A DNA stretch of 64,000 nt from Chrysomallon squamiferum (GCA_012295275.1 CM022676.1:16306001-16370000); one strand, 5' to 3'. Counted from the first letter of the stretch, positions 46,790 through 60,961 are shown. Program-made: numbers and translations. Notes: generated by a model from the letters alone, not told the origin.

Positions 46790-48260
46790 AACTGACATAT
46801 GACACACGTGTACTACTAATTTGTCTGTCACTGTGTTTAGATTTGTGTGAGTCACAAAATCTACAATCGAAAGAGTCTACAACAATTTCTGATTTACCTT
46901 TACCTCCATACCATGTGTCACCTCCCTTAACATTAACAAACAAGTTTTAATCACTGTCTTTAGTAATCTTCACTGGACATCTGAACACGACGCCATACAC
47001 ATCAGAAACGACGTGTTTATATCTCTGTGTCAGCGTAGACCAGTGAAGTATTTCGTCTCTTCTTGTGTCAGTGACAAAGGCGCCGACGTCGTAGTTTCGT
47101 GGTTGACGGTAACCGTACAGCTGAAATCCGCGAAGTAGAGCGTTTTTGCTGACAGACAAAGTAATGGTGTCATCATCTTCACAAGAATATGGACAGTCTT
47201 CATACCATGTTCCACGAAACCTGTTTATTGTAATATGTGTTTTCCGAATCACTGCAGTTCTCATGTTTGAGTTAAAAGGTGAAACATCTTCATCACTGCT
47301 CACCAAATGTCTCCAAATCTTGAATCGTTGAGTATGGGAGTGGGTGTCACGTGTTCTAGAAAATACTTCAGACCGAGTAATGGATAACGTACGTACTTCA
47401 CGGCATCTCCCAGGGCCTTTCGCCTGTTCGGTCCCTTCGTATGTTTTCCTTGCTTCTTGCACGCACAGTCAGCCCACTTCACAGCGGCTTCAAAAACATT
47501 TTTCTCGTTTGCTGTCAGTTCATCTGATCATACGATCTGAACCAGACATTCGTGACAAAGGTAGGTGACTTCATCTGACTTCAAAACTACGTCGCCATTT
47601 TTCAAAATATAGTCCAAACTTTTCTTCCTTAGATCAAGTTCATCAAACATGTGAGAACAACGACTCCAAATAGTTTACGCATTTTGGTTTCAAGTGTTGT
47701 GATGATGTACTTACTCGATATATGCAGCTGACCGGTGACGTTGCCGCCTGTTAGGACGACGTCATCCGTGTAAAGATATCTGTGTAAAAGAAACAGAATA
47801 AGACTTTGAAAAGTGAGATAACTATGTGAGATTAATTAATTAGAAAATAATTAGATTACTAAAAAAAAACTGTATTGTTATCAACGTTACTGTCCGTATG
47901 TCTCTCTTACTCACTGTTTTCGTACGTGTGTTTCCATGTCTGTGTGTGTATGTGTGTGCGTCTGTCTGTGTATCTCTTTGTGTGTTTGTGTGTGGGGGGT
48001 TAACATACTTTAAAAACTCTGAGAAGATTTCTGCCTGCACATCCGGTATTATCTGATTTTTCGCGAAGTGCTCCAGTCAACATCTGACTGAAAACTTCGC
48101 TTCGAATGATCAGAATAAACTGATGCGCATCAACAGCCGTTTTATGTTCCCCAACTAAAAATCTGACGTCCGTGTCAGTTCTTGTAAGAAAAATGTGTTC
48201 AGCGCATTCTATCAGATTCTTCCCGGTGTGCCAACCTGAGACTGCAGATGAGGTGGCCAT
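46790..48260 (-). pseudogene. BTB/POZ-BACK-PHR protein (BTBD1/2/3/6-like) pseudogene, two exons (48009-48260; 47779 to ~46790)
   Basis: BTB: TDVRFLVG..AHQFILIIRSEVFSQML..IPDVQAEIFSEFLK|YLYTD. BACK: EKNVFEAAVKWA..RRKALGDAVKYVRYP. PHR: DTITLSVSKNALLRGFQLYG..GGDTWYGGKG. Frameshift near 48050, further frameshifts and a deletion near 47660-47685, and in-frame stops at ~47528 and 46947. Confidence 0.9.
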
Positions 48261-48298
48261 GTTTTCACTACTAACAACAACAAAAAAAAAAAAAAAAA

Positions 48299-48355
<57 letters not shown>

Positions 48356-48527
48356 CATAATAACAACAATAATAATATTATTATTATGGAGTAGGGACAG
48401 AAATGGAAAAACAAACTGTTCACACATGGAACTGTAATAATTCAAGGAAAAAAATAATAAAAAGTAAAGTCATCAAAATCAATTCAAATAAATATCAATC
48501 AAATTAAAATATAACATTAATAACTCA

Positions 48528-48604
<77 letters not shown>

Positions 48605-48906
48605 AACATGTCTATGCTCCAAAGTTTTCGTTTCTTTCTTTATTTTTTTCTAATTCCACGATATTACATAACTTTTGTTTTTGTTTTTAGTCAAAATCCA
48701 CAATAAATTAAGAATAAATTCGAAACACCAAAGGGAAATAACTTAAGCTTTGTATTCATGGAAGTGGTACAGGAATTATCTCCCACTGTATCAGTAAACA
48801 CTTTTCTTGTCTGCTCTATGAAAATAGTTAAACACGATGTATTTGTTACTCAACATTTACTATGAACAGTCATAATTAAACAACATAATTAAACAACAAC
48901 AACAAC

Positions 48907-48953
<47 letters not shown>

Positions 48954-48984
48954 TATTATTATTATTGTTATAATCATTATTATT

Positions 48985-49714
48985 ATTACTGTCATTATAT
49001 TTATTATTATTATTATTATTACTATTATTATTATTATTATTATTATCCTGATTTATTAAAAAAGATTACTCTATAAGGCCGTGTTCTATAATAACAAACT
49101 GATGGAGTAGAATAAACTATATTTAGTATACACCAATATGCAATACTGCTCTTGCACTTTATACTTATAAAAAATGTTTGGTTTAGAAAAAATAAAAATA
49201 ACAAACTATGATGGATACTGTTAAAAACAAGGCGGAGATCTGGATATTCCACTTTTAAATGTAGCCTAGTAATTGCATGCACGTTTCTTTGTGCGTATGT
49301 CTATGCTAGTGTTTTTATGTGTATAATTTAGTACTGACTATTCTTATGTACGTCTAATTAACCTGTAGACAATATTCAGGGAGGCGCTATCACAGGTGGA
49401 CAAAGTCCAACCATGATTTGATCAACCTCCTCAGATGCCGCTGTCGAGACTCGAACGTATGGCTCTCGTTCGCCCGCAGTCCGAAGGGAGACAACGCTAT
49501 AGTTAAGCCATCAAACCAAGCTTGAAAAGGTTGCTCAGTAACCGTGGGTAATCATAGCTTCACACGAAGGACACTGTTTTTTGCTTTTCGAAATTTACGT
49601 CTGCATCTAATTCTTTTTTCTCAAAACCTGGCAATGGCAAGTATGTGTCGTCTGCTAATTTGTGTGTACTACTGTGTGTGTATGTGAGTGGGTTTTATCT
49701 GTATGTATTTATGC

Positions 49715-49807
<93 letters not shown>

Positions 49808-51608
49808 TGCATGTATGTATGTATGCATGTGTCTCTGTGTATGTATGTCTGTCAGTGTGCTTGAGGATTTATTCATTGAAAAGTCAGAAGTATCTCAGAT
49901 CTGAATACGAAGCTTCCGCATAATATTTACACAATTAATATTTCTTCTATTCGTTTCAGTTTTGAAGCTATTTGCTTTAAATTTTGAATCGTCATGTGTT
50001 CTTTAAGAAATGTAGACTTTAAGGAGAAGAATTATTTGTCCATATAATTTCTGTTTTTCATTTAAATATAATACAAAACCGAGATGACAGATCTTGAAGC
50101 GATATAGTTGTAATAGTAGTAGTCATAGTGGTAGTACTAGTACCATAGGTAATAGTAGTAGCAGCAGTAGCTGCAGCACTAGTAACAGTAGTAGTAGTAG
50201 TAGTTGTAGTAGTAGTAGTAGTAGTAGTAGATGTAGTAGTAGTGGTAGTAGTAGTAGTAATAGTAGTATTAGGAGTAGTAGTAGTTGTAGTTGTAGAATA
50301 AGTAGTAATAGTATTAATATCAGTGGTAGTAGGAGTAGTAGTAGTCCATGCATTAAATGGAACGGCTTACCTCAAGATGTGAGGAAAATCCCAGTTTTGG
50401 CTATTAAAGATTTCATCAGTCGACTGAAGCTATTTTTGGTATCTGCACCTCCAAAGAATGCACCTGCTGTATTTGAAAATGGACCGAGTAAAACCTTGCT
50501 GGTAAATTCATCAACCTAAAGAAACGTCAAATGACTGTCCATCAAACAATCGTCATATGCACATCGTATGCAATAACACAAGTAACGAAACATCTGTCGG
50601 AAACGACCAGCAGTATCGTGGTGTGAAGAAGTTTGCTGAGAAAGTTGGTCTGAACGTTACCTCTGCGAAAGTTTGTTCGATTCCTGGTCTCCTTTATCTA
50701 CAACGAAACGATTAGTACATCTTTATAGGATCTGACGATTTAGCTCTTCCGGTTGAATATCGTGTAGCTTCGTCTAAAGCACCTGTGATGACGCTAGAAC
50801 AAACTCTAGGAAATATACTACCACCAGAAGAACGACCAAAAGATTCAGAAGAAAAAGACGAATGGAGTAAATGGAGGAAGAACGTTCAGTCTGGTCGACG
50901 AAAACCTGAAACAACTGCATCGGATATTCTTGCCCAGTACATCACGTTGAAAGTAGATCATGAAGCGATTCAACAACAATACCGAGAAAAAAAACCAGAA
51001 CCTTTGTCAGAGGATGAAATTATTGTAGATTCACCAAGGAAAATCCTTTGAACGAAAATCGACAGCTCGATATGCACAAAAAGTGATCAACGCTATCACC
51101 AGAGAAGAGAAGAGAAAAGTCGTGTAAGCTGCCGAACGAGAGGAAGCTAAAAAATTAAAAGTAAGTTCTGAAGGCACGAAAATGACAGAAATAGCTAGTA
51201 GATTATTAGTTGTTAGTGTGGCAACAACCAGATAACAATTAATTACTTGGGTTAGAAATTACAAACAAGAAGCGAATGGAATTTGTACAATACCTGGAGA
51301 AAATCAACCATTGGTGGATTCACTTTTATCATGAGTGAGATTTCATTTTAGAGAGTTTTGAAGTCACAACTTGAAATTGTGAATTCTAAAGTAGATCCGA
51401 AAGTGTCCATTATTGACTATTTGAGAACATAGGAACCTCCAAATGATTTAGATTTGGCTGAACCTGAAGAAAGCATGATGGATTTTTTATATTGGTGTTG
51501 TCATGCTCAAATTGTTGCACGAAAAATAGTATCCATTCTTCGAAAACGTGATACTGACCGTTACTGTGTCTGCTTGATTGGAGAATCCACAACAGGTAAA
51601 TCGTATTG
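48985..51608. repeat. Inverted duplicate of 33090-35746 (flank + tRNA-like head + TAG repeat + NS1)
   Basis: Reverse-complement colinear; ORF 35443-35640(+) matches ORF 49043-49282(-), and ORF 34358(+) matches ORF 50123(-). Confidence 0.92.
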
Positions 51609-51800
51609 GATGATTGAACCATTCACGATTTTACAATCATCTGTAGTTGGACGTGCACGTAAAAACGCTGATTTGGTTTCGAGTCCTGCGCGAACAAAAA
51701 TATTATTCTTGTTGATGAATGTAACATTTATCAACCAACTATGGACACCAACAAATCTTTGTTATGAGGTAATGAGGTGGAAATTGTAAAGAAACAACTG
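50350..51800 (+). pseudogene. NS1: Endogenous parvovirus/densovirus-like NS1 (Rep), copy B
   Basis: HMHIVC (from 50554), GESTTGKS (51580-51603), then across frameshifts NADFGFESCANKNIILVDECN and TMDTNKSLL*GNEVEIVKK, matching parvoviral SF3 motifs B and B' (compare NFPFNDC..KMVIWWEE..KAILGG). Confidence 0.88.
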
Positions 51801-52019
51801 ATGGTGATCCATAAAACTGTTAGTTTTGTGTCCAGAGATGAAAAACAAATGATTATAACACACAATTTTATGATTTTGTATTATTATAGACACTGTCATG
51901 TGGTTAACCAATTTCGGAGGAATGTTTTGTATTTTCTGCTTTTGCTTTAATAAAAATTAAAATAAAATAAAAACAAATTTATTATTATTTATTTATTTCA
52001 CGTGTCTAAATAGCAGTGT

Positions 52020-52915
52020 GTTTTCCAGTACCACTATTAGAACTCGCCCTAATATTTCTAGTACTGCTATTATTACTAGCTCTACTTTTTCCGTTACTAT
52101 TATCACTTTTATTACTAGCCCTAATATTTCCAGTACTACTATTATTACTAACTCTACTACTGTTGACATTTACCTAACTTACCTTGATATCCACCTAAAC
52201 TTACCTTAATTACCGACATCACCTGAAATGAGAAATCAAATGCAAATTATCAGAGCGTACGAGGATTCGAACTCCAAGCAGCGAGCGTACCGAGCGTGAA
52301 CGCTAATCACGACACCATGAAATCTCGGACGAGAAGCATGTGAAAATAACTTCTAGTCAATCCTGCGATCGATGTTGTGCAGTCGATTTTCGGTTATCTC
52401 CAAAGATGGCGATTATCTACAGAAGCCGTCATTTTCATTTTATTTGATCTCACAATTTTAAGTATAAATCCACACACACACTCGTTAATATTTAGCATAA
52501 AAAATAAAATATTTAATAAAATAAACATATATATGAAATTAAAAAATTGCATTAATAGTTTAAAAAAAAAAAATGATGCCATTATTCCCGGACGTTATAT
52601 AACTCTTATAGTATTGCAGGATATTATGCAAATTCAGAAAATGGCGGCTTCTACAAATAATCGCCATGTTGGCAGGTAACTCCAAATCGATTGCACAACA
52701 TCGATCGCAGGACTGACTAGAAGTTATTTTCGTATGGTGGTCGTCCGAGATCGGATGGTGTCGTGGTTAGAGTTCACGCTAGCTACGCTCGCTGCTTGGA
52801 GTTCAAATCCTTGCTCCGCTCAGATAATTTACCTTTCCTTTCTCGTTTCAGGTGATGTCGGTCATCAGGTAATTAAGGTAAATAAAGGGGAACATAAAGA
52901 CAAGTTAGATAAACG
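52020..52915. repeat. Imperfect palindrome: arms ~52020-52437 and 52638 onward, ~200-bp AT-rich spacer; each arm carries a tRNA-like Pol III head
   Basis: e.g. aataacttctagtcaatcctgcgatcgatgttgtgca versus tgcacaacatcgatcgcaggactgactagaagttatt; A box TGGTGTCGTG(G/A)TTAG and B box GAGTTC(A/G)AATCC on opposite strands (52263-52317 minus; ~52756-52810 plus). Confidence 0.85.
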
Positions 52916-54515
52916 TAATAATAGTAGTACTGGAAATAGAAGGGCTAGTACTAGTAGTACTGCTGGAAATAGAAGGGCTAATAATAGTAGTAGTAGTACT
53001 GGAAATAGTAATAGTAGTGCTGGAAATAGTTCGGCTAATAATAGTAGTACTGGAAATAGTTCGGCTAATAATAGTAGTGCTGGAAATACAAGGGCTATTA
53101 ATAATAATAGTAGTAGTACTGGAAATAAAAGAGTTAGTAAAAATAGTAGTAGTACCGGAAATAGAAGGGCTAATAATAGTAGTAGTATTACTGGAAATAG
53201 TAATAGTAGTGCTGGAAATAGTTCGGCTAGTAATAGTAGTACTGGAAATAGTAGGGCCAATAATAATACTAGTTCTGGAAATAGAACGGTTAGTAATAAT
53301 AGTAGTAGTACTAGAAATAGAAGTGCTAATAATAGTAGTAGTGCTGGAAATAGTAATAGTAGTGCTGGAAATAAAAGGATTAGTAATAATAGTAGTAGTA
53401 CTGCAAATAGTTCGGCTAATAATAGTAGTGCTGGAAATAGAAGGGCTAATAATAGTAGTAGTGCTGGAAATAGTAATAGTAGTACCGGAAATAGTTCGTC
53501 TAATAATAGTAGTACTGGAAATATTAGGGCTAATAATAGTAGTAGTGCTGGAAATAGAAGGGCTAAATTATAACAGTAGTAGTCCTGGAAATAGTTCGGC
53601 TAATAATAGTAGTAGTGCTAAAAATAGTAATAGTAGTTCTGGAAATAGAAGGGTTAGTAAAATAGTAGTAGTGCTGGAAATAGAAGGGCTAGTAATAATA
53701 GTAGTTCTACTGGAAATAGTAATAGTAGTGCTGGAAATAATAATAATAATAGTAGTAGTGCTGGAAATAATAGGGCAAATAATAGTAGTACTAGTACTGG
53801 AAATATTTCGGCTAATAATAGTAGTGTTCGAAATAGAAGGGCTAGTAATAATAGTAGGGCTGGAAATAGTAATAGTAGTGCTGGAAATAGAAGGGCTAAT
53901 AATAGTAGTAGTAGTGCTGGAAAATAAAGGTAGTAATAATAGTAGTGTTGGAAATAGTAGAGCTAATAATAGTAGTAAAAATAGTAGGCCTAGTAATAAT
54001 AGTGGGAAATAGAAGGGCTAATAATAATAGTAGTTCTACTGGAAATAGTAATAGTAGTGCTGGAAATAAAGGGCTAATAATAGTAGTAGTGCTGGGAAAT
54101 AATAGGGCAAATAATAGTAATAGTATGAAATAGTACTGGAAATAGTAATAGTAGTGTTCGAAATAGAAGGGCTAATAATAGTAGTAGTACTGGAAATAGT
54201 AATAGTAGTGCTGGAAATAGTAGGGCTAATAATAGTAGTAGTACTGGAAAATAGTAGGGGAAAATAATAATAATAGTAGTACTGGAAATAGAAGGGCTAA
54301 TAATAATAGTAGTGCTGGAAATAGTAGGGCTAATAATAGTAGTAGTACTAGAAATAGAAGGAATAGTAGTAGTACTGGAAATAGAAGGGCTAGTAACAAT
54401 AGTAGTGCTGGAAATAATAGGGCTAATAATAGTAGTAGTGCTGGAAATAGAAGGAATAGTAGTAGTACTGGAAATAGAAGGAATAGTAGTAGTGCTGGAA
54501 ATAATAGGGCTAATA
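52915..54515. repeat. Minisatellite array, ~21-36-bp units (CTGGAAATAGAAGGGCTAATAATAGTAGTAGTG and CTGGAAATAGTAATAGTAGTG)
   Basis: Directly visible; reverse-complement units at 52020-52160. Confidence 0.93.
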
Positions 54516-55948
54516 ATAAATTCTTGTCATTATCTGCAGATACAGACATGTAGATGTAGAGACAGATCGATAAACTGATCAATAAATAAATAGGTAGTCA
54601 CAGAGGCAGACATATTGATATCTCAAACTAGTAAATATACTTTCCTGATATAGCAAAGTTATGAAACCTTTACACTGTAAATGCTATTTCTTAAATACAG
54701 CACAGCTCTATATTGCTACTATAATAATTATTACATAAATATTTATTTTTGTTTTTCTTTGTTTTAAATATTTCTTTTCATTTACGATGTATACACACAT
54801 CAGAAGATCTGGACAACCAAAAACATTAGAACCTTTGACTGCATGAACTAAAACAGTCTTAAAAGAAATAAACAGAAACATTAAAATTTGTTCTAAGATA
54901 TAAAACTACAAATTTTAATATACACTAATTTTGAATATTTGAACTGACAGCAGCCAGAATGTGGGATGCACCTACTGTTTCAACACCTTCCTGTTGTTAA
55001 TTTATGTAGTGATTTTGTTATCCAAAGTGGAATATAATAAATTTACTGCTGATAGATAACAAACAAATATTGACAAATTTGAAGGAACATGGTCTGTTGT
55101 TAGAAATAAATGATCAAATATAACCAGCATTTATTCAGTTACACAACTCAGAAGTTGGAGTTTTCTTGTTTTCGCAGTTGTTTCCTAAGCAGAGACAGCT
55201 CAGTGAGTTGTTATTTAATTTACGTGTAAATTACGTTTTCATCAAAGTGTGGTATCATCTACTTTACATAAATTAAATATTTTGTCATTGTATTGTAAAT
55301 TAATACAACCTCAGCAATATACAGGTTACTTAAACTTTATTCAGTTTTTTAACTAAATGTATAAATATGTACAGCTAAATACAGACACATACACAAATAT
55401 ATATGTGTAAATATAATTAAAATAATTCTAATATGTTTGTAACTCATAATGTATGAAGTTGATTTTTCAACTCAGATTATGTAACAATTTATTTTATTAA
55501 TTTGTTTTCTGTCACACAACATTTTACGTTTACAACTAATTTTTCAACTCAGTGTATTTGCTTCAATAGGACTGGTATTTCGTAGTCAGAAGAAAAAAGA
55601 CAGATGTGATAGTCAATAGTCAGGCAGGAAAGCAGTGTTTTCAAATGACATTTTCTTTATGTAAGAATATGGTAAGCCATTGTCTGTTCTTATGCTGATA
55701 GGGTATAATGTATACATTAGCATGAGTTGTGTTTCTGTTTCTAGTGGATGGATGTAATTATTGTTTCATAGAGATTGCTGTCGGTTTATTTTTAAAGCTC
55801 CTTACCAGGTATGGACAATTTGATGTATATAAATTACACTTACAGCTATATACAGACACACACATACAAACACACAGATAGTCGATAGTGTATATATTAT
55901 ACATACACATATCTATAAACACAGATACTCTGTGTGTGTGTGTGGTGC

Positions 55949-55997
<49 letters not shown>

Positions 55998-56453
55998 CAC
56001 CTATACAAACAGATAATTTGTGTATACATATCAATTTATGCATTACACATACATCAACAGCTATGTGTGTGCTTAAAAGTGTACACATACATGTAGACAC
56101 ATAACTTTTCTCTTTTTTTTTTTTTTTTTTTTAATTCAGGAATTTACACCCGAAGTCCGAAGTGTACAATAAAATGATTTGATTATCATAAACTATAGGA
56201 AACAGTACAGAGAAGAATGCAGTACAGATATATAATAACAAAAAAAAAAAAAAATGCATATCCGAATTAGACACTATATTTTCAGTGACAGATTAACGAC
56301 AGCTGGAGAAGACTTTCAAAAATTATATATCCTGATGATAATGATGATGATGATGGTGATGATGATGATAAAGATGGTGATGATGATGATGAAGATGATG
56401 ATGATAATAATGACTATGTTGTTTTACAGGAAAAGGAAATAAAACAAACTCAC

Positions 56454-56667
56454 CCAGTTTCGGCTGGACTATTTTATTTCCTAATTTACTCGGGTGGATG
56501 ATGTCTCGTTTAGAAAGCGACTTCAGATCAAAGCTGTGATTCTGTCTTGAGTGGCTTCTCTTCGACTCCACAGTCTCAACATCTGAGTTAGATTCCTGCA
56601 CAGACTGGGCCAATGCTAATAGCAGACAAAGAAACGCTAAGACAAACTGAAAAGCAACTTCCTTCAT
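56454..56667 (-). CDS. First coding exon of a secreted prepropeptide (signal peptide + two KR cleavage sites)
   Basis: MKEVAFQFVLAFLCLLLALAQS-VQESNSDVETVES-KR-SHSRQNHSFDLKSLS-KR-DIIHPSKLGNKIVQPKL, ending at a consensus donor G|GTGAGT; AAGATG start context. Confidence 0.65.
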
Positions 56668-56713
56668 CTTTGTTGTCTTCGTCCGAGTGATGTTGACGAT
56701 GGGGTTGTTGGTG

Positions 56714-56723
56714 TTTAAATATA
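56714..56723 (-). promoter_or_regulatory. TATA-like box upstream of the prepropeptide
   Basis: TATATTTAAA about 47-56 nt upstream of the ATG. Confidence 0.35.
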
Positions 56724-56904
56724 GAAAGAAACATGAACCTCTGATACAAATGTCGCCACTTCTCACCCGATTTCAGCTGTGAATTAGATTTAGAGTTTCT
56801 TGTGAACAGTAATTTATCTCTTGATATTAGCATAATCATTGTTCATTTCTGGACGTCCGCAATCTTTTAGTTGTAATAAAACACACACAATAATAATAAC
56901 AATA

Positions 56905-56964
<60 letters not shown>

Positions 56965-57231
56965 TAATAAAAATAAATGAATACAAAAATATAAATATAC
57001 AAATAAATATATAAATATATAAATACAAATAAAAAATAAAAACATATAAATAAACCGGATGTTGTGAAACAAATGTTGTCATTCCTCAGTTTCATTTAAC
57101 TGATACCAGTAACTGAATTACAACTGTACATTTAGCTGTGAAAACTAATTTAGTTTTAATCTTATCATCATTATATATATGATTACATAGATAGATAAAT
57201 ACGTATGGCACTGCAAATAATGAAAAATAAC

Positions 57232-57233
<2 letters not shown>

Positions 57234-57328
<95 letters not shown>

Positions 57329-57337
57329 TCTCACTCA

Positions 57338-57375
<38 letters not shown>

Positions 57376-57440
57376 CACACACACTCACACACACACACAC
57401 ACACACTCACTCACACAGACACTCACACAAACACACACAC
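57234..57440. repeat. (CT)n(CA)n microsatellite
   Basis: Directly visible. Confidence 0.95.
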
Positions 57441-58599
57441 ATAGAGACATTCACATTGATCCTTTCGCCGTAACATTCAATTAACACTAAAGTTGGCTGA
57501 CGTCACAGATCTAAAACAAACACATAAATAAATAAATAAATAAATTTAATTATAGAAACACGTTTACCATAACTTTTACAAGATTAGTTTTGAGTTCAAA
57601 TTTTAGTAAAGCGCTACATATTTTACCTTAATAAAATAAAGTAATAATAATAACAAAAAATAAAAATAAAAATGAAATAAAATAAACATTGGTACCAGTA
57701 TCAAAGAGCAACTTCTGATAAAATATTCTTAGAGTATTACAGTATAAAATTGTGAAATATAATAATTAATAATTTTATAATTAAATACTTTCAGGAAGAG
57801 AGCGGCTACTACTGATCTTTTGTACCAGTTCCAAACGCTTCCTTTAGACTGAATTGTCTAGTATATCTTGCGTATGTGTTCGGATGTGTGTGAACATTAT
57901 CTGTGTGCATTAGTGGCCAATATATTTACGTATGCTTGCACATGTATTTTTGTGTATGCGATTTTATATGCGTATGTAAATGTGTTTGAAGAAATATTTC
58001 TACATTTTGTCCCCTGTACCCTGGTTTATACGGTAATTAAAGTGAAAGTACACTTATCAGTTAATTTCGTGGAAACGTTAATGTTTACATCAGCAGAAAA
58101 TAAAAATGTATATACCACATCATCAGATACATCAGCTGAAGCTGACTACAAAGTTTGGACTGGGTATGTAGACTTTTCTATTAAAACTGATTAAGCACAC
58201 ATTTTGTTCTGTTCTGTTTTATTTGTTCCAGTATTTCTTTTTAAACTAGGAGCGTAAAATGCAAATCAACAGCATTAATTAATTAATTATTATTGTCGTT
58301 GTTGTTGTTGTTGTTCTTCTTATTATTATTATTATTTTTGTTGTTGTTGTTGTACTTGTTGTAGTTGTTGATAACGTGTTTGTTGAAGGGTGACGCCGGT
58401 GCGTGATATGACATATAGATACATTTTATATGTCTGTAAGTGTTATTTGACATTTTGTATGACAGTTTTGTATAACTGTAGTTACATGAACCATGCATCT
58501 GGCTACAAGAATGATGAGAAGAAATCATTTTCAATTCGTTTTTTTTCATATATAGACACACACACACATGCATACCCACAGATACACACACAGAGATAT

Positions 58600-58847
<248 letters not shown>

Positions 58848-59879
58848 AGGGTATCCCTGATCATACTAGGTATAGAAAGAAAACTTGGTATAATGGCTTA
58901 ATGTAATTTAAAATATCTGACATAAAATCTATATAATCATAATAATAATAAACATCATAATAATAATAATAATAATAATGATAATAATAATAATAATAAT
59001 GATAATAATAATAACAAGAAGAAGAAGAAGCAGAAGAATAAGAATAATAATAATAACATTTCCTTTATGACACAGTTTATCGTTTAGTACTATAAATGTC
59101 CTGTTTCATCTATTTAAATTAGTTTCCAAATGAATAAGTAGATTCTATACTGAAAGTTGGAATGTCTGTACGATCCGTATTTAAAATGTCTGTCCTCTCA
59201 GAGTTGACATAAAAATACTGATCTAACTGTTTTTCCTTCATCTTTGCTCAGGTAAAGTCAACATCCTGTATAGTGCTATACTCCAACTTTGATACTGCTA
59301 ATAGAAGGAGCCAGTGTGCCTTTTGTTGTCTATCTCTTACTGTTTACTATCTTTGCCAAAGGCTCATCTACAAGTAAATTACACGAAAACATCAAACTGT
59401 CAGTCACTTTTTTGTGTATGTACATATCTATATATCCATCACACATATACACATGCATGCACTCTGTCTTTCTGCCTCGCACACACAGACACACACACAT
59501 ATATATGTAAACTGTTTTTGGTCATCTTGAACAAACGCAGATAGATAAGTATCTCAAAATAAGCATGATTAGACTGATGAACTTCTTAGAATAAATATAT
59601 TTTCCTGATATCACAAAGTTTTGAAAGTTGTGCTCTAGACAAAAACAAATGCGTGTAACAAGAACATTACGTTTACCTACTTTGGAGATATGTCTGACAA
59701 AGTCAGCAAATTTGTATCTGAAATCATAAGTATTAGATCGATTTACATGCAAAGTGGGAAACAGAGCGATTACTCTGACACTAAAGATATAATAGTTAAT
59801 ATGGGTTACCTCCCTTAAATTAGACTGGGTCCGAGCGTTCCACATACATTCACACAGATACACGCCACAACAATAACAA

Positions 59880-59979
<100 letters not shown>

Positions 59980-60961
59980 GTAATAATAATAATAATAATA
60001 ATTAATAAATAAATAAATAAATTAATTAATTAATCAATTAATTAATCAAAAAAAATTAAATAAATAGAAAGATGATGACGTGATGAATATTATAAATCAG
60101 CTATAAATAAATAGAGAGATAGATAAATAAAAACAAATAAATAAATAGAGAGACGGATAGACAGACAGATAGAGAAACAAATAAGTAAGTTAATTAATTA
60201 CTAAAAGCTGTAGGAAACTGAAGGAAGTTTGCAGAACGCTTTGTCATTATTTATTGAAATAATTACATAATATTAGAGACTTGTTTAATTATTTTAGTTT
60301 CTTATTGATAGTGTGAGATTATTTATTCTTACTTTCACTGTTTCCTATCTTAAAATGAATATAATGTAAGTAATATATAAAGCACACTTAACTTGTTTAT
60401 AAATCGTGAAGTCAGAAATAAGTATTTAGACAAGAGTGACATACATGTGTGTTTAGTGTATAATTAATGGATTGTATACACTGGTTTTAACCAGTGATTT
60501 AACACAGCTACAACCGGTTACAGTCATGTTTACAGAATGTTAGATTATAAAATTTACTATGTATAGATTAATCAGAATATGACTAAAACAAGTTTAATCA
60601 CAGTTTTACAGATTTATCGCAATAATATGCTGTACAGTACAAGTTAATTGAAAGAAACACACTTTAATTTTAAAACATAACTTACTATACAAACATACAC
60701 TGCATATTACATTGTCCTAACGTAAAGATAATGCAAGTATGAAACAAGATTTGAAACAAATGTGTATAACGAGGTTCTTGTATGAAAAGCAAAACATATA
60801 TATTTAATTGCCTCTGTTGGTTAATCAAATTCAATAATTCTGAATAATTGCCAAATGTTTAACCCATGTAAGTATGTTTGTATGCGTATGTATACGTATT
60901 GTAAAATTAATAACATAAGCTGTGTCGATGTTTTAAGTATATACATTAATAAAGAGATATT

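Noticed and set aside
52734-54582. 279-aa N/S-rich mucin-like and 331-aa LEIV ORFs; also CRISPR-like periodicity
   Set aside because: A trinucleotide-derived satellite stays open in several frames by construction; there are no unique spacers or cas genes, and the context is eukaryotic.
59250-59375. Signal-peptide-like stretch VPFVVYLLLFTIFAKGSST with a possible donor
   Set aside because: No ATG in frame and no downstream exons found.
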